DNA of 64,000 bases, taken from Macrostomum lignano (Eukaryota). Positions 14,201-27,000 of the stretch are shown piece after piece (the stretch's first letter is position 1; each line of letters starts with the position of its first letter). The notes beneath the pieces are model-generated. The model was not told where the DNA came from, did not search any database, and saw only the letters and a program-made list of their open reading frames with translations. Both the position numbers and the translations under genes were made by a program. The stretch spans positions 496,001 to 560,000 of the forward strand of contig NIVC01000158.1 in the NCBI GenBank assembly GCA_002269645.1. The letters are read 5' to 3'.

Positions 14201-17172
14201 CTACCCTCCCCGACTGTCTACCCTCCCCGATTGTCTACCCTCCCTGATTGTCTACCCTCCCAGACTGTCTACCCTCCCAGACTTTCTACCCTTCCCTACT
14301 GTCTACCCTCCCCGACTGTCTACCCTCCCCGACTGTCTACCCTCCCCGATTGTCTACCCTCCCCGACTGTCTACCCTCCCCGATTGTCTACCCTCCCCGA
14401 TTGTCTACCCTCCCCGACTGTCTACCCTTCCCGATTGTCTACCCTCCCCGACTGTCTACCCTCCCCGATTGTCTACCCTCCCCGACTGTCTACCCTCCCC
14501 GACTGTCTACCCTCCCCGACTGTCTACCCTCCCCGATTCTCTTCCCTCCCCGATTCTCTTCCCTCCCCGACTGTCTACCCTCCCCGATTCTCTTCCCTCC
14601 CCGACTGTCTACCCTTCCCGATTTCCAAGCAGCTGTAGCCAATGTTAGCCGCAACACAAACTCAAAATTGTAGATAAAAGCAGAAATAACACACACACAC
14701 GCACACACACCCGCGAAAAACGTTTTAAACTTTATATGAACAAATAACCATGACTACGAGTATATATACGGGACGGCTCTGCATACATGGATGCAGCTAT
14801 AGATATATCTACAGCTATTTCTAATGCGCAATCTGGGTAGGATTGGCTGTGTAGCCATTTTTTATTTTCTCCCCTTGGTTTCGGCCCATTCCATCTCCCT
14901 CTTGTCCCCCTCCCGATCCCAACACTGCTGCCTGCATGCTAGCAATAAATACTTTGAATGCTAGCCTTAACTTACTAATCCGGGATACGAAAATTCGTCG
15001 AATTTAATGTCCCACTTGCACACTAACGGATTGCCATTCTCTGCAGGCCTGTGCGCTCGATCCGTATTGGGTTTTGGGATCGTTCGTCTTGGGGTTTGGG
15101 GATTATTCGTGTTGGAGTTTGGGGATTATTCGTGTTAGTTTTTTGGGATTATTCGTGTTAGTTTTTTGGGATTATTCGTGTTAGTTTTTTGGGATTATTC
15201 GTGTTAGTTTTTTTGGGATTATTCGTGTTGGAGTTTGGGGATTATTCGTGTTAGTTTTTTGGGATTATTCGTGTTAGTTTTTTGGGATTATTCGTGTTGG
15301 AGTTTGGGGATTATTCGGGTAGGAGTTTGGGGATTATTCGTGTTGGAGTTTGGGGATTATTCGTGTTGGAGTTTGGGGATTATTCGTGTTGGAGTTTGGG
15401 GATTATTCGTGTTGGAGTTTGGGGATTATTCGCATAGGGATTAAAAATGTAACCATTCATATTGAAATAGGAATTTTTAGAATCCAGATTACTGACTCAG
15501 TAGGATTGAGAATCAACTCCCATCCAATTGAATCACACACCAGGGCGGTCTGGTGTTCGTTTGCGGCTCAGCCGAGGGCCTCATCGTGGTCTCGGGCCGG
15601 CGCCACAACTCGGACGATCTCATCGCTACGGTGCTGGCCGTTGAGCCTCTGAAATTTGTACACCGCGGCCGCATCGCCGTATTCAGCCAGGAGCTTCTCC
15701 GCGACGAGCGCGTCATTGTGGTTGCCGAGCAGCGGCCAGACGCCACCGAGGAGCAGAGCTTCCAGTGGATGTCGCACGTGCTCCAAGCGGTGGACAGCAT
15801 CCACCAGGTTGGCGTCTATTGCATCGCATTGGCGCCGCCGAACTCGCTGCCGCGCAGTCCTCAGGGCGGCGTCTGTCCACGGGAGACCCGCCGGCGCTAC
15901 CTGGCCAACCAGCTGCACCCGTGCAGCGTGCTGCTGTGCCCGCACTCCACCGTCACCAACCTGCCGAGGCCGCGCGAGCTCCCAAATCCAGCGCACGGCC
16001 CAATGTCCGCCCTGCTCGGCTCGCTTGTCCAGGGCGGCCGGCCCGCCTTCGCCGAGGGCCGCCAGGTGCCGCCCTCCGCCTCGCCAGATGATGCAGCCGC
16101 CGCGGCCAGCCTGGCTGAGGCGCTTCGCTGGCGAGTTGCGGCCTCGGCGTCAGCGGACAACGGCGGCGGGCAGCATCAGCAGCAGCAGAGGCGGCTTCTC
16201 TCCTGTCTGAACGGCCGGCTTCAGGAGACCGCCGTGGCGGCACCAGCGGCGCTGATGAAACGGGCGGAGAAACTCGCCAACGCGCTGCGGTCCCGCGTAC
16301 ACCGGGACGCCGTGGTGGCCATCGCCCTGCCGCCCGGCCTGGACCTGGCGGCGGCCGTGTTCGCCTGCCAGCTGGCCGCCTGTGTGCCGCTGCCCGTCCG
16401 GCCGCCCGCCGCCGCCTCCGGTCTCAACACCTGCCGATTGATTATCGAATCTGGCCGGGCGACCCTGTTGCTAACCACTCAACCGGTTGCTAAGCTGATG
16501 CGATCCAAAGACGCTATGGCTCTTGGCTGCTCCTGGCCGCCGATTGTCGATGTTGACGACGCCAGACGGCGGCACAGCAGCTCCGCGCCTCCGCCTCCGC
16601 CGCCGTCGACAGAATCAGGCGCTGCCGCGAATAACTCGGTAAACGGCTCAGCAAATGACGTCGCCGAATCGACCGCCTATTTGGATTATTCAGTGAGCAC
16701 CACGGGCCTGCTGACCGGAGTTCGATTCACCCAGCGAGCGGCCGTGGCTCTCTGCCGCAGTTTGAAGCTGCAGTGCGAGCTGTACCCGGCTAGGGAGGTG
16801 GCGCTGTGCCTGGATCCCTATAGCGGGCTCGGCTTCGTGCTGTGGTGCCTTAGCGGCGTGTTCGCCGGCCACCAGACTGTGCTGCTGCCGCCTGCCGAGC
16901 TGGAGGCCAATCCAGCCGCCTTTCTGCTGCTGCTCAGTCAGAGACAGATTCGGGACGCTTTCTGCAGCTACACTGTGCTGGAGCACTGCACCAGGGAGCT
17001 GGCCGGCTGCGTGGATGCGCTCAAGGTGGGCTTCTGTGTGTCTGCCTGCCTGCCTGCCTGCCTGCCTGTCTGTCTGTCTGTCTGTGTGTCTGCCTGTCTG
17101 TCTGTCTGCCTGTCTGTCTGTCTGACTGTCTGTCTGTCTGTGTCTGCGTGTCTGTGTGTCTGTCTGTGTGCC

Positions 17173-17235
<63 letters not shown>

Positions 17236-17268
17236 GTGCCTGTCTGTCTGTCTGTCTGTCTGCCTGCC

Positions 17269-17303
<35 letters not shown>

Positions 17304-17408
17304 GTGCCTGTCTGCCTGTCTGTCTGTGTGTCTGTCTGTCTGCCTGTCTGTCTGTCTGTCTGCCTGTCTGTCTGCCTGTCTGTCTGTGTGTCTGTCTGTC
17401 TGTCTGCC

Positions 17409-17443
<35 letters not shown>

Positions 17444-17454
17444 GTGCCTGCCTG

Positions 17455-17487
<33 letters not shown>

Positions 17488-17700
17488 GTGTCTGCCTGCC
17501 TGCCTGCCTGCCTGTCTGTCTGTCTGTCTGTGTGTCTGTCTGCCTGTCTGTCTGCCTGTCTGTCTGTGTGTCTGTCTGTCTGTCTGTCTGCCTGTCTGTG
17601 TGTCTGTCTGCCTGTCTGTCTGCCTGTCTGTCTGTCTGCCTGTCTGTCTGTCTGACTGTCTGTCTGTCTGTCTGTCTGTCTGTGTCTGTGTGTCTATCCT

Positions 17701-17733
<33 letters not shown>

Positions 17734-17746
17734 GTCTGTGTGTCTA

Positions 17747-17791
<45 letters not shown>

Positions 17792-20700
17792 GTCTGTGTG
17801 TCTATCCTTCTGTCTGTCTGTCTGTCTGTCTGTCTGTTTATACAGAATTTGGCTCGCTATGCAAGTTGCTTGAGCAAAATTTAGTGAAGATTTTTCAACT
17901 GTCTTTTATTTCTTAGACAGTATTTCTAATATCTATGTTTGTGATGTTGCAGGATCTGTTGTCTGATTAAAAAGCGAATATTTCGCTGTGGCTAATAAAA
18001 AGTGCAATTTTTCATCTTCTTTGTACCGATCTGCTCTTCCATCGTATGTATGAAGCATGCAAACAGTTTCCGAATCTTCTTTCCATATTAAGATTAATGC
18101 AAACATTTTGATCAGCCTCTGTCTGTCTGTCGCTAAATGACTGTCTGTGACCTCTTATCTAGCTAGGGATTCGATGATCCATCTGCTCCCTCCGCACTGG
18201 CAGATCACAAAACACTATGCATGACTAATCAATGATATTCCTCTGGTCTACTGTGTGTCTTGTACGTATAGTAGTCCACTGTAGTTGGCAAACAGGACAA
18301 GCCCGTTCACTTCCAGTGCACCCTAACGATTCAGGATTCAAGTTCAGGACTTTTGTTTGGTAGTCCTGCACAGCAAGAGCCAGTAGCCACATCTGAGGGG
18401 TTACACCGACACATTGGAAACTAGTAACCACAATGGAGGATCCTACACTGATATGATAGGAGCTAGTGACCACACCTGGTCCTGCACAATGGGAGCTAGT
18501 GACCACACCTGGTCCTGCACAATGTGAGCTAGTGACCACACCTGGTCCTGCACATTGGGAGCAAGTGACCACAGGTGGTCCTGCACAATGTGAGCTAGTG
18601 ACCACACCTGGTCCTGCACAATGTGAGCTAGTGACCACACCTGGTCCTGCACATTGGGAGCAAGTGACCACAGGTGGTCCTGCACATTGGGAGCAAGTGA
18701 CCACAGGTGGTCCTGCACAATGTGAGCTAGTGACCACACCTGGTCCTGCACAATGTGAGCTAGTGACCACACCTGGTCCTGCACATTGGGAGCAAGTGAC
18801 CACAGGTGGTCCTGCACAATGGGAGCTAGTGACCACACCTGGTCCTGCACATTGGGAGCAAGTGACCACAGGTGGTCCTGCACAATGTGAGCTAGTGACC
18901 ACACCTGGTCCTGCACAATGTGAGCTAGTGACCACACCTGGTCCTGCACATTGGGAGCAAGTGACCACAGGTGGTCCTGCACATTGGGAGCAAGTGACCA
19001 CAGGTGGTCCTGCACAATGTGAGCTAGTGACCACACCTGGTCCTGCACAATGTGAGCTAGTGACCACACCTGGTCCTGCACATTGGGAGCAAGTGACCAC
19101 AGGTGGTCCTGCACAATGGGAGCTAGTAACCACAGGTGGTCCTGCACAATGTGAGCTAGTGACCACACCTGGTCCTGCACATTGGGAGCTAGTGACCACA
19201 GGTGGTCCTGCACAATGGGAGCTAGTAACCACAGGTGGTCCTGCACAATGTGAGCTAGTGACCACACCTGGTCCTGCACATTGGGAGCTAGTGACCACAG
19301 GTGGTCCTGCACAATGGGAGCTAGTAACCACAGGTGGTCCTGCACAATGTGAGCTAGTGACCACACCTGGTCCTGCACATTGGGAGCTAGTGACCACACC
19401 TGGTCCTGCACAATGGTAGCTAGTGACCACACCTGGTCCTGCACAATGGTAGCTAGTAACCACACCTGGTCGTGCGCACATCACACCTTACTCTCCTGCT
19501 TCAGCAAAAGCAGCAGATCAACCTGTCGAACCTCCGGTCCCTGGTGGTCGTATCCGAGGAGCGGCCCCGGCTGTCTCTGCTCACCAGCTTCGGCCGGCTG
19601 TTCAGCCCGCTAGGCTTGAAACCGTCTGTTGTCAGCGCCTCATTTGGTTGCCGAGTGAATCCGTGCGTCTGTCTGCAGGGCGCCTCGGCTCCGGAGCCGG
19701 CCACGCTGTACGCGGATTCCCGTGCTCTGCGGGCGGACAGAATCAGCTTGGTTGAACGGGGCAGTCCGCGCTCTCTGCCGCTGATGGAGTGCGGCGAATT
19801 GCTGGCTGGTACTCAGGTAGGCAGCTGGGGTGGCCTTGTGCCTGTCCGAATTGTTGACTGTGGACTCGGGTCACTGGCTCCTGTGTCTCTTTTCCCTTGT
19901 CTCTGCTGCTCCTCTGCCTGTGCCTGTCCACTCTTCCCATCCCCTCCTTTCCTGTCACCATTTCTCTCTCAATCTCCCTCTCTCTCCCTCCCCTCTCCCT
20001 CTCTCCCTCCCCTCTCCCTCTCTCCCTCCCCTCTCCCTCTCTCCCTCCCCTCTCCACTCTGTCCCTCCCCTTCACTCTATCTCCCTCTCACTCACCCGTA
20101 TTATCTTCCGCTTTACCTCTTCTCTCCTTCGCTCCCGTCTTCCTCTCTCTTCTTCTCCCTTCTTCTCCCTATATCTGCCTATTTTACCTGTAGTGATCCG
20201 TCCTTAAAGTTCTTCAAAAATGAATCAAGGAAATTTTTCAACGCAAATAGAAAATTTGCCGCTAAATAAAAAGAAATTTGTTTTATTTTTTTCAGTTATA
20301 ATACTCGTATTTTTAAAGGAATTGATTGGATGTCTAATGCTTGAAAGGAATTTTTGATGCCGAAAAAAATATTTTAATAAAAGTACATTCTCTATCCAAT
20401 TCATAATACAAACACAAAATACCACGGGCTCTTTTCAGCACTTAACAAAAATTTTAATTTATGTAAAATCATTTTCGCATGCATTTATCTATCCACCGTG
20501 AATCTATTTTTGGAAGCATCAAAGTACCCGCAATTTAGCTGGATGGCTGGCTCCGTTTTCCTTTGAAAATTGGCGGGATATCCGCCAAGTGAGCATACGT
20601 CCCAGGCCTGTCCAATTAAAATACAACAGTCTCAAAACCATGGGGGGATAATAGGCGCGAAAATAGACCTTCTGATGCGATAAAGTGAGTCTCATAAGCG

Positions 20701-22081
20701 CTATAATGAGTCTGAAAAGCGCTGAAATCAGTCTGATAAGCGCTGATAAGAGTCTGATAAGCGCTGAAATCAGTCTGATAAGCGCTAAAATAAGTCTGAT
20801 AAGCGCTGAAATGAGTCTGATAAGCGCTGAAATGAGTCTAATAAGCACTAAAATAAGTCTGATAAGCGCTGAAATGAGTCTGATAAGCGCTGAAATCAGT
20901 CTGATAAGCGCTGCAATCAGTCTGATAAGCGCTAAAATGAGTCAAAAGGCAAGCTTACCAACGCTATAAATTCACTTAATCCCCACTCGCCAACCAGGTA
21001 ATCGTGGCTAATCCGGACTCCCGAACCCAATGCGCCGACAGTCACCTTGGCGAACTGTGGGTCCGGGCTGCGCACAACGCCGCAGGCTATTGGTCGGTGG
21101 TCGGCAGCGGCGGCGCCAGCGGCGGCGATCTGGACGCCTGCTCCGGCCAGTTCGACGCCACTCTTGTCGGCGACGCGGCCGGAAGCGAGACGACCTACGC
21201 TCGAACCGGATTTTTGGGCTTCGTTCGGCGAATGGACATCACCGGGGGCGACGGCGCCAAGCACGACGCCGTATTCATTGTCGGGGCGCTTGATGAGGCG
21301 CTGCAGCTGCGCGGATTTCGCTACCATCCTGTTGATATTGAGGCTACCGTGGCGCGCTGTCATCACTGCGTTGGCGAATGGTGAGACCTGCTTGCTTGAG
21401 TCACGGCTGGCGATTAGGGGTGACGATTGGAGTGACACATTTTGTATGGGTGACGATTGGAGTGACACATTTTGTATGGGTGACAATTGGAGTGACACAT
21501 TTTGTATGGGTGAAAATTGGAGTGACACATTTTGTATGGGTGACAATTGGAGTGACACATTTTGTATGGGTGACAATTGTAGTGACACATTTTGTATGGG
21601 TGAAAATTGGAGTGACACATTTTGTATGAGAGACAATTGTAGTGCCACTTTGTATGGGTGACAATTGGAGTGACCCATTTTGTATGGGTGACATATTAGT
21701 TACCTTTGAGTCATGTTTTTTTAAAATAATTTTCTTACAGATAAAGAAATCCAATTCAGACTACTAGCAGTAGAAAGGTGAGAATTATAAAATGTGAAAA
21801 TTAATTTTAAAACCAAAATTTTTTTCAGCGCCGTGTTCACCTGGCGCTCCCTGCTAGTCGTAGTTGCCGAACTACAAGGTCGCGAGTTCGAAGCCTTAGA
21901 TTTAATCCCCGCCATCACGTCCAGCGTGCTTCGGGAGCACCATCTCATTGCGGGAGTTGTAGTGGTGTGCGACCCCGGCGCCATACCCATGAACAGCCGG
22001 GGCGAGAAGCAGCGAATGCACCTGAGAGACGGCTTCCTTGACGACAAGCTGGACCCCATCTATGTTGCCTACAATCTCTGA
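2213..22081 (+). CDS. DIP2: Disco-interacting protein 2 (DIP2) homologue: N-terminal DMAP1-binding domain plus two fatty-acyl-AMP-ligase-like AMP-binding domains; 9 coding exons, ~1669 aa
   Basis: Exons 2213-2300, 3961-4311, 7345-8369, 9384-10259, 12142-12381, 15544-17025, 19505-19816, 20998-21380, 21829-22081. All introns are GT-AG with consistent phases; total 5010 nt. DIP2 motifs: [100 protein letters not shown]-terminal [32 protein letters not shown]. Confidence 0.95.
4401..7250. repeat. 22-bp minisatellite (CCCAAAGACAGTCAGACAGATA variants), DIP2 intron 2
   Basis: Direct reading; the repeat ORFs have a 22-aa (3x22 nt) period. Confidence 0.95.
8453..9330. repeat. 30-bp minisatellite (GGCTTCAGGGAAGCGGTAGTTCAGTCTGAT), DIP2 intron 3
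   Basis: Direct reading; 10-aa period [10 protein letters not shown]. Confidence 0.95.
10311..12085. repeat. 20-bp purine-rich minisatellite (GGGGAAAGGGATGTAGGAGA), DIP2 intron 4, split by an insertion at 10711-11918
   Basis: The same unit occurs at ~10311-10710 and ~11919-12085. Confidence 0.9.
10711..11918. mobile_element. Non-autonomous DNA transposon (MITE-like, possibly CMC/EnSpm type), 1208 bp
   Basis: Termini CCCGTTG (10711) ... CAACGGG (11918), flanked by duplicated GAT (10708-10710 and 11919-11921). AAGGTG/AGGTGCAC motifs on the left arm and CACCTT/GTGCACC on the right arm. Internal ~75-bp inverted repeat (~10739-10813 vs ~11141-11216). No transposase ORF. Confidence 0.7.
12396..13464. 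repeat. 20-bp minisatellite (GGCATGTATAGTTGTGGAAT), DIP2 intron 5
   Basis: Direct reading; starts ~14 nt after the donor at 12382. Confidence 0.95.
14161..14620. repeat. 17-bp minisatellite (YTGTCTACCCTCCCCGA), DIP2 intron 5
   Basis: Direct reading. Confidence 0.95.
15090..15432. repeat. ~23-bp minisatellite (GGGGATTATTCGTGTTGGAGTTT), DIP2 intron 5
   Basis: Direct reading. Confidence 0.9.
17036..17838. repeat. Degenerate (TGTC)n microsatellite, DIP2 intron 6
   Basis: Direct reading; begins ~10 nt after the donor at 17026. Confidence 0.95.
18458..19471. repeat. 33-bp minisatellite (GAGCTAGTGACCACACCTGGTCCTGCACAATGT), DIP2 intron 6
   Basis: Direct reading; 11-aa period. Confidence 0.95.
20690..20942. 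repeat. 21-bp minisatellite (AAGCGCTGAAATCAGTCTGAT), DIP2 intron 7
   Basis: Direct reading; 7-aa period. Confidence 0.9.
21418..21690. repeat. 30-bp minisatellite (GGGTGACAATTGGAGTGACACATTTTGTAT), DIP2 intron 8
   Basis: Direct reading. Confidence 0.92.
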
Positions 22082-22734
22082 GCTACCATGTAATTACCGA
22101 GTTGACTTTTTTACAGAAAGAAGCGTTTTAGACTGGCTAATCAGTAGTATTGTACGCGCATGCTCAGCTGTCTTTTATTTATTAAAATTCTGAATGCAAT
22201 TTTTTGAACAAAACTATGCATGTATATAGTATTGTGTTATAATCAGGCAATTTCTATACATCTCATGTTTGCTTGGCTTTTTATTATGGCTAAATTGCTT
22301 CTGTTTATGATTTTTTCAGTCGCTTCCCGCGAACAGCACTGGCTATTGAACATTATGAGCTTAGCTTTTTTAATGCAACTTGTCGCAATCCTGCTATAGA
22401 ATGGGGTACTACTTTTTCAAGGAGTAGTATATATCGATGCATGCTAGTATTCTATCGGCTACTTTGCTGTTATTTTCGATCAAATTTGCTTAACTGTCTA
22501 TTGCTTGTTTTGCTTTGTTATATCACTATATTATCCATTCAAATTTTGCACCTGTGCGTACTGTACTACTGTACGTCTTTCAGCCTATCCGTTGTGTACC
22601 TGCCTGTCTGCATTGCATGGCCGCTGTTTGTTCGCACATTTTGCTGCAGTCTCTTTAACAGTGCGTATTGGCGTCTGTCTTCTTTCAGCCTAAAGGTGTG
22701 AAAATGTTCCTGATAAGCAGCCAACTTAAACATG

Positions 22735-23414
22735 CCCACTCCAATGTACACCCACCCACTCCAATGTACACCCACCCACTCCAATGTACACCCACCCACT
22801 CCAATGTACACCCACCCACTCCAATGTACACCCACCCACTCCAATGTACATCCACCCACTCCAATGTACATCCACCCACTCCAATGTACACCCACCCACT
22901 CCAATGTACACCCACCCACTCCAATGTACACCCACCCACTCCAATGTACACCCACCCACTCCAATGTACACCCACCCACTCCAATGTACACCCACCCACT
23001 CCAATGTACACCCACCCACTCCAATGTACACCCACCCACTCCAATGTACACCCACCCACTCCAATGTACATCCACCCACTCCAATGTACACCCACCCACT
23101 CCAATGTACACCCACCCACTCCAATGTACACCCACCCACTCCAATGTACATCCACCCACTCCAATGTACACCCACCCACTCCAATGTACACCCACCCACT
23201 CCAATGTACACCCACCCACTCCAATGTACACCCACCCACTCCAATGTACACCCACCACTCCAATGTACACCCACCCACTCCAATGTACACCCACCCACTC
23301 CAATGCACACCCACCCACTCCAATGTACACCCGCCCACTCCAATGTACACCCACCCACTCCAATGTACACCCACCCACTCCAATGCACACCCACCCACTC
23401 CAATGTACACCCAC
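22735..23414. repeat. 20-bp minisatellite (CCAATGTACACCCACCCACT) downstream of DIP2
   Basis: Direct reading. Confidence 0.95.
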
Positions 23415-24067
23415 CCCTACTCATCCACTACAATGTACAGCCGCCCCCACCCATACATTGACCCATTCCGATTCCAGTTTAGGTAATAAATTTTAGTCGT
23501 TTATTATCTACTAACAGGAGTAGTGTGGTTGGAAAATCAGTAGTATTTCGCGCAGGATGTTAATTAAATTTCCTTGCAGCTCGACAAGTTTGGTTGCTTT
23601 TTTATCAGCCCGGTAGGAAAATTTTTGTATGAAATTTTTATTACTTAGTGAGAATAGTATATGGCTTCTGGCTATTCTTTTAAAATATAATTCTCACCCC
23701 TATCAGACGTGCATGTACATGTGCTTGAATCTTTCGCTAATTATTTCTGTTACTGTTGTATATCATACCTATCGGCTGCTTATAATCCATGTTAAGCATT
23801 GTTTTTTACCTCTCCTAAACAATAATAACAAATATTATTATTACTAATAATGTGCTGCAAATATTTGTATAAAAAAGTCACTCAATACATAATTATTTAC
23901 CATATGATCTGTGTACTTTTATTATGCACTGATATGTGACTTTACAGTTTTTTGTGTTTTCAAAAATACATTATTATTATAGCTGTACTTTATATTATAC
24001 AATATAATTGTGCAGCCTCAAAAATCAGTAAATCCTGGTTGAGTTAAATGAAATGTACTTTTTTTAT

Positions 24068-27000
24068 TCAAATATATACTGAATCACCTGTGAGCCATTT
24101 TGCAGTACCGGCTTTTGTACTAACTATATTAATAATTAATGTGCTTTGAGCGTTTCCAATTAGTTTAACCATTTCATAGTGCCACCTGTTCAATGTGCTC
24201 AAAAGACTTAGGATGAAAGATTGGGATTGTGAAGCTGGGGGGTTGTGAATATTGGGGATTGTGAAGCTTGGGGATTGTGAAGCTTGGGGATTGTGAAGCT
24301 TGGGGATTGTGAAGATTAGGGACTGTGAAGATTAGGGATTGTGAATGTTGGGGATTGTGAAGCTTGGGGATTGTGAAGCTTGGGGATTGTGAAGATTAGG
24401 GACTGTGAAGATTAGGGATTGCGAATGTTGGGGATTGTGAATATTGGGAATTGTGAAGATTGAAAACTGTGAAGATTGGGGATCGTGAAGTGTGGTGATG
24501 TGAATATTGGGGATTGTGAAGCTTGGGGATTGTGAAGCTTGGGGATTGGGAAGATTAGGGACTGTGAAGATTATTGATTGTGAATGTTGGGGATTGTGAA
24601 GCTTGGGGATTGTGAAGCTTGGGAATTGTGAAGCTTGGGAATTGTGAAGATTAGGGATCGTGAAGATTAGGGATTGTGAAGATTGGGATTGTGAAGCTTG
24701 GGGATTGTGAAGCTTGGGGATTGTGAAGATTAGGGACTGTGAAGATTAGGGATTGCGAATGTTGGGGATTGTGAAGCTTGGGGATTGTGAAGCTTGGGGA
24801 TTGTGAAGATTAGGGACTGTGAAGATTAGGGATTGCGAATGTTGGGGATTGTGAATATTGGGAATTGTGAAGATTGGGGATCGTGAAGTGTGGTGATGTG
24901 AATATTGGGGATTGTGAAGCTTGGGGATTGTGAAGATTAGGGACTGTGAAGATTATTGATTGTGAATGTTGGGGATTGTGAAGCTTGGGGATTGTGAAGC
25001 TTGGGAATTGTGAAGCTTGGGGATTGTGAAGATTAGGGATCGTGAAGATTAGGGATTGTGAAGATTGGGATTGTGAAGCTGGGGTGTTGTGAAGATTAGG
25101 GATTGTGAAGATTAGGGACTGTGAAGATTAGGGATTGTGAATATTGGGAATTGTGAAGATTGAAAACTGTGAAGATTGGGGATTGTGAAGATTAAGGATG
25201 TGAAGATTGGGGACTGTGAAGAATGGGATTGTGAAGATTGGGGATTGCGAAGCTCGAATAGTCGAAGAACCCACTGTGGAAATGCTACCGTTGAACCATC
25301 GCTGTCTGTGGCATTTATGATCGAAGCTAGAAAATCGGGCAACACATTCACATCTCGGTCAAAGCCAGGCAAATGTTCCTGAATAAGTTAAATGCTAAAA
25401 TGTTAGGAACAATTTCTGCATGGCTGTTAAACCGTGAACATCCTGGTGACATTTAGCTGACTCCTGGCGCCTGCACGGCAACCCCATTTGTCAAGTTATA
25501 GAATTTCGAACTTCACTTTAGCTATGAAATGCGTCGCGCTCAGCATTGCATTGTAACAAAACTGTTGGCCTGTGCAGGTATACGCATTCACACTCGTGCC
25601 TTTCCTACCTTCATTGCGCAAAACTTTGTGCGGCTTGAGAAAGCGCTGGCGTTGTTAGATTGACTGACACAGGGCGCTGATCTAGCGGCCTCGCATCTGA
25701 CACCCAACAGGACGTCTCTGACACCCAATGTGATGTCTCTGACACCCAATATGACGTCTCTGACACCCAAAATGATGTCTTTGACACCCAATATGACGTC
25801 TCTGACACCCAATGTGATGTCTCTGACACCCAATATGACGTCTCTGACACCCAAAATGATGTCTTTGACACCCAACAGGACGTCTCTGCCACCCAATGTG
25901 ATGTCTCTGACACCCAATATGACGTCTCTGACACCCAATGTGATGTCTCTGACACCCAACAGGACGTCTCTGACACCCAATGTGATGTCTCTGACACCCA
26001 ACAGGACGTCTCTGACACCCAACAGGACGTCTCTGACACCCAATATGACGTCTCTGACACCCAACATGGCGCCTCTGACACTCAAATGGCGTCTCTGACA
26101 CCCAATATGACGTCTCTGACACCCAATATGACGTTCTGACACCCAACAGGACGTCTCTGACACCCAATGTGATGTCTCTGACACCCAATATGACGTCTCT
26201 GACACCCAATATGACGTCTCTGACACCCAATGTGATGTCTCTGACACCCAACAGGACGTCTCTGACACCCAATATGACGTCTCTAACACCCAATATGACA
26301 TCTCTAACACCCAATATGACGTCTCTGACACCCAATGTGATGTCTCTGACACCCAATATGACGTCTCTAACACCCAATATGACGTCTCTAACACCCAATA
26401 TGACATCTCTAACACCCAATATGACGTCTCTGACGCCCAATATGACGTCTCTGACACCCAATGTGATGTCTCTGACACCCAATGTGATGTCTCTGACACC
26501 CAATATGACGTCTCTGACACCCAATGTGATGTCTCTGACACCCAATATGACGTTTCTGACACCCAATGTGATGTCTCTGACACCCAATATGATGTCTCTG
26601 ACACCCAATGTGATGTCTCTGACACCCAATGTGATGTCTCTGACACCCAATGTGATGTCTCTGACACCCAATATGACGTCTCTGACACCCAACATGGCGC
26701 CTCTGACACTCAAATGGCGTCTCTGTAACATTTACAACCACCTGTAGCATTTGCTACCAATAGGCAGCTGTGCACCCCATGAGTATCCTTGTCCACCGCC
26801 CTATATGACCCCATGCTATAGCTCCAATTGGTGTACTGCTCTTGTACATTTGCTCGCATCTGGAATCGAGACGGCTTACGAAACTTACCCTTTGTCAAGT
26901 TCTAACTCTCTGTAGCTTCTCTCCCCGTTGGACCTTCTACGCAGAATAAACAGCCCCCCCCCTGGAAATTGAAAGCCATGCTCGCGCTCTTCGTGGCCTT

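Noticed and set aside
15021-15070. Branch point plus acceptor (CTAAC...TTCTCTGCAG| at 15046) suggesting a micro-exon in DIP2 intron 5
   Set aside because: The nearest plausible donor gives a 17-nt frameshifting exon, and the DIP2 sequence is continuous without it (GFLGPPGS|GGLVFVCG). Only RNA-seq could rescue it.
22695-23492. Possible spliced DIP2 3' UTR across the 20-bp array (AAG|GTGTGA ... TTCCAG|, AATAAA ~23487)
   Set aside because: The signals are weak and an earlier ATTAAA (22181) could end the transcript; this cannot be supported without transcripts.
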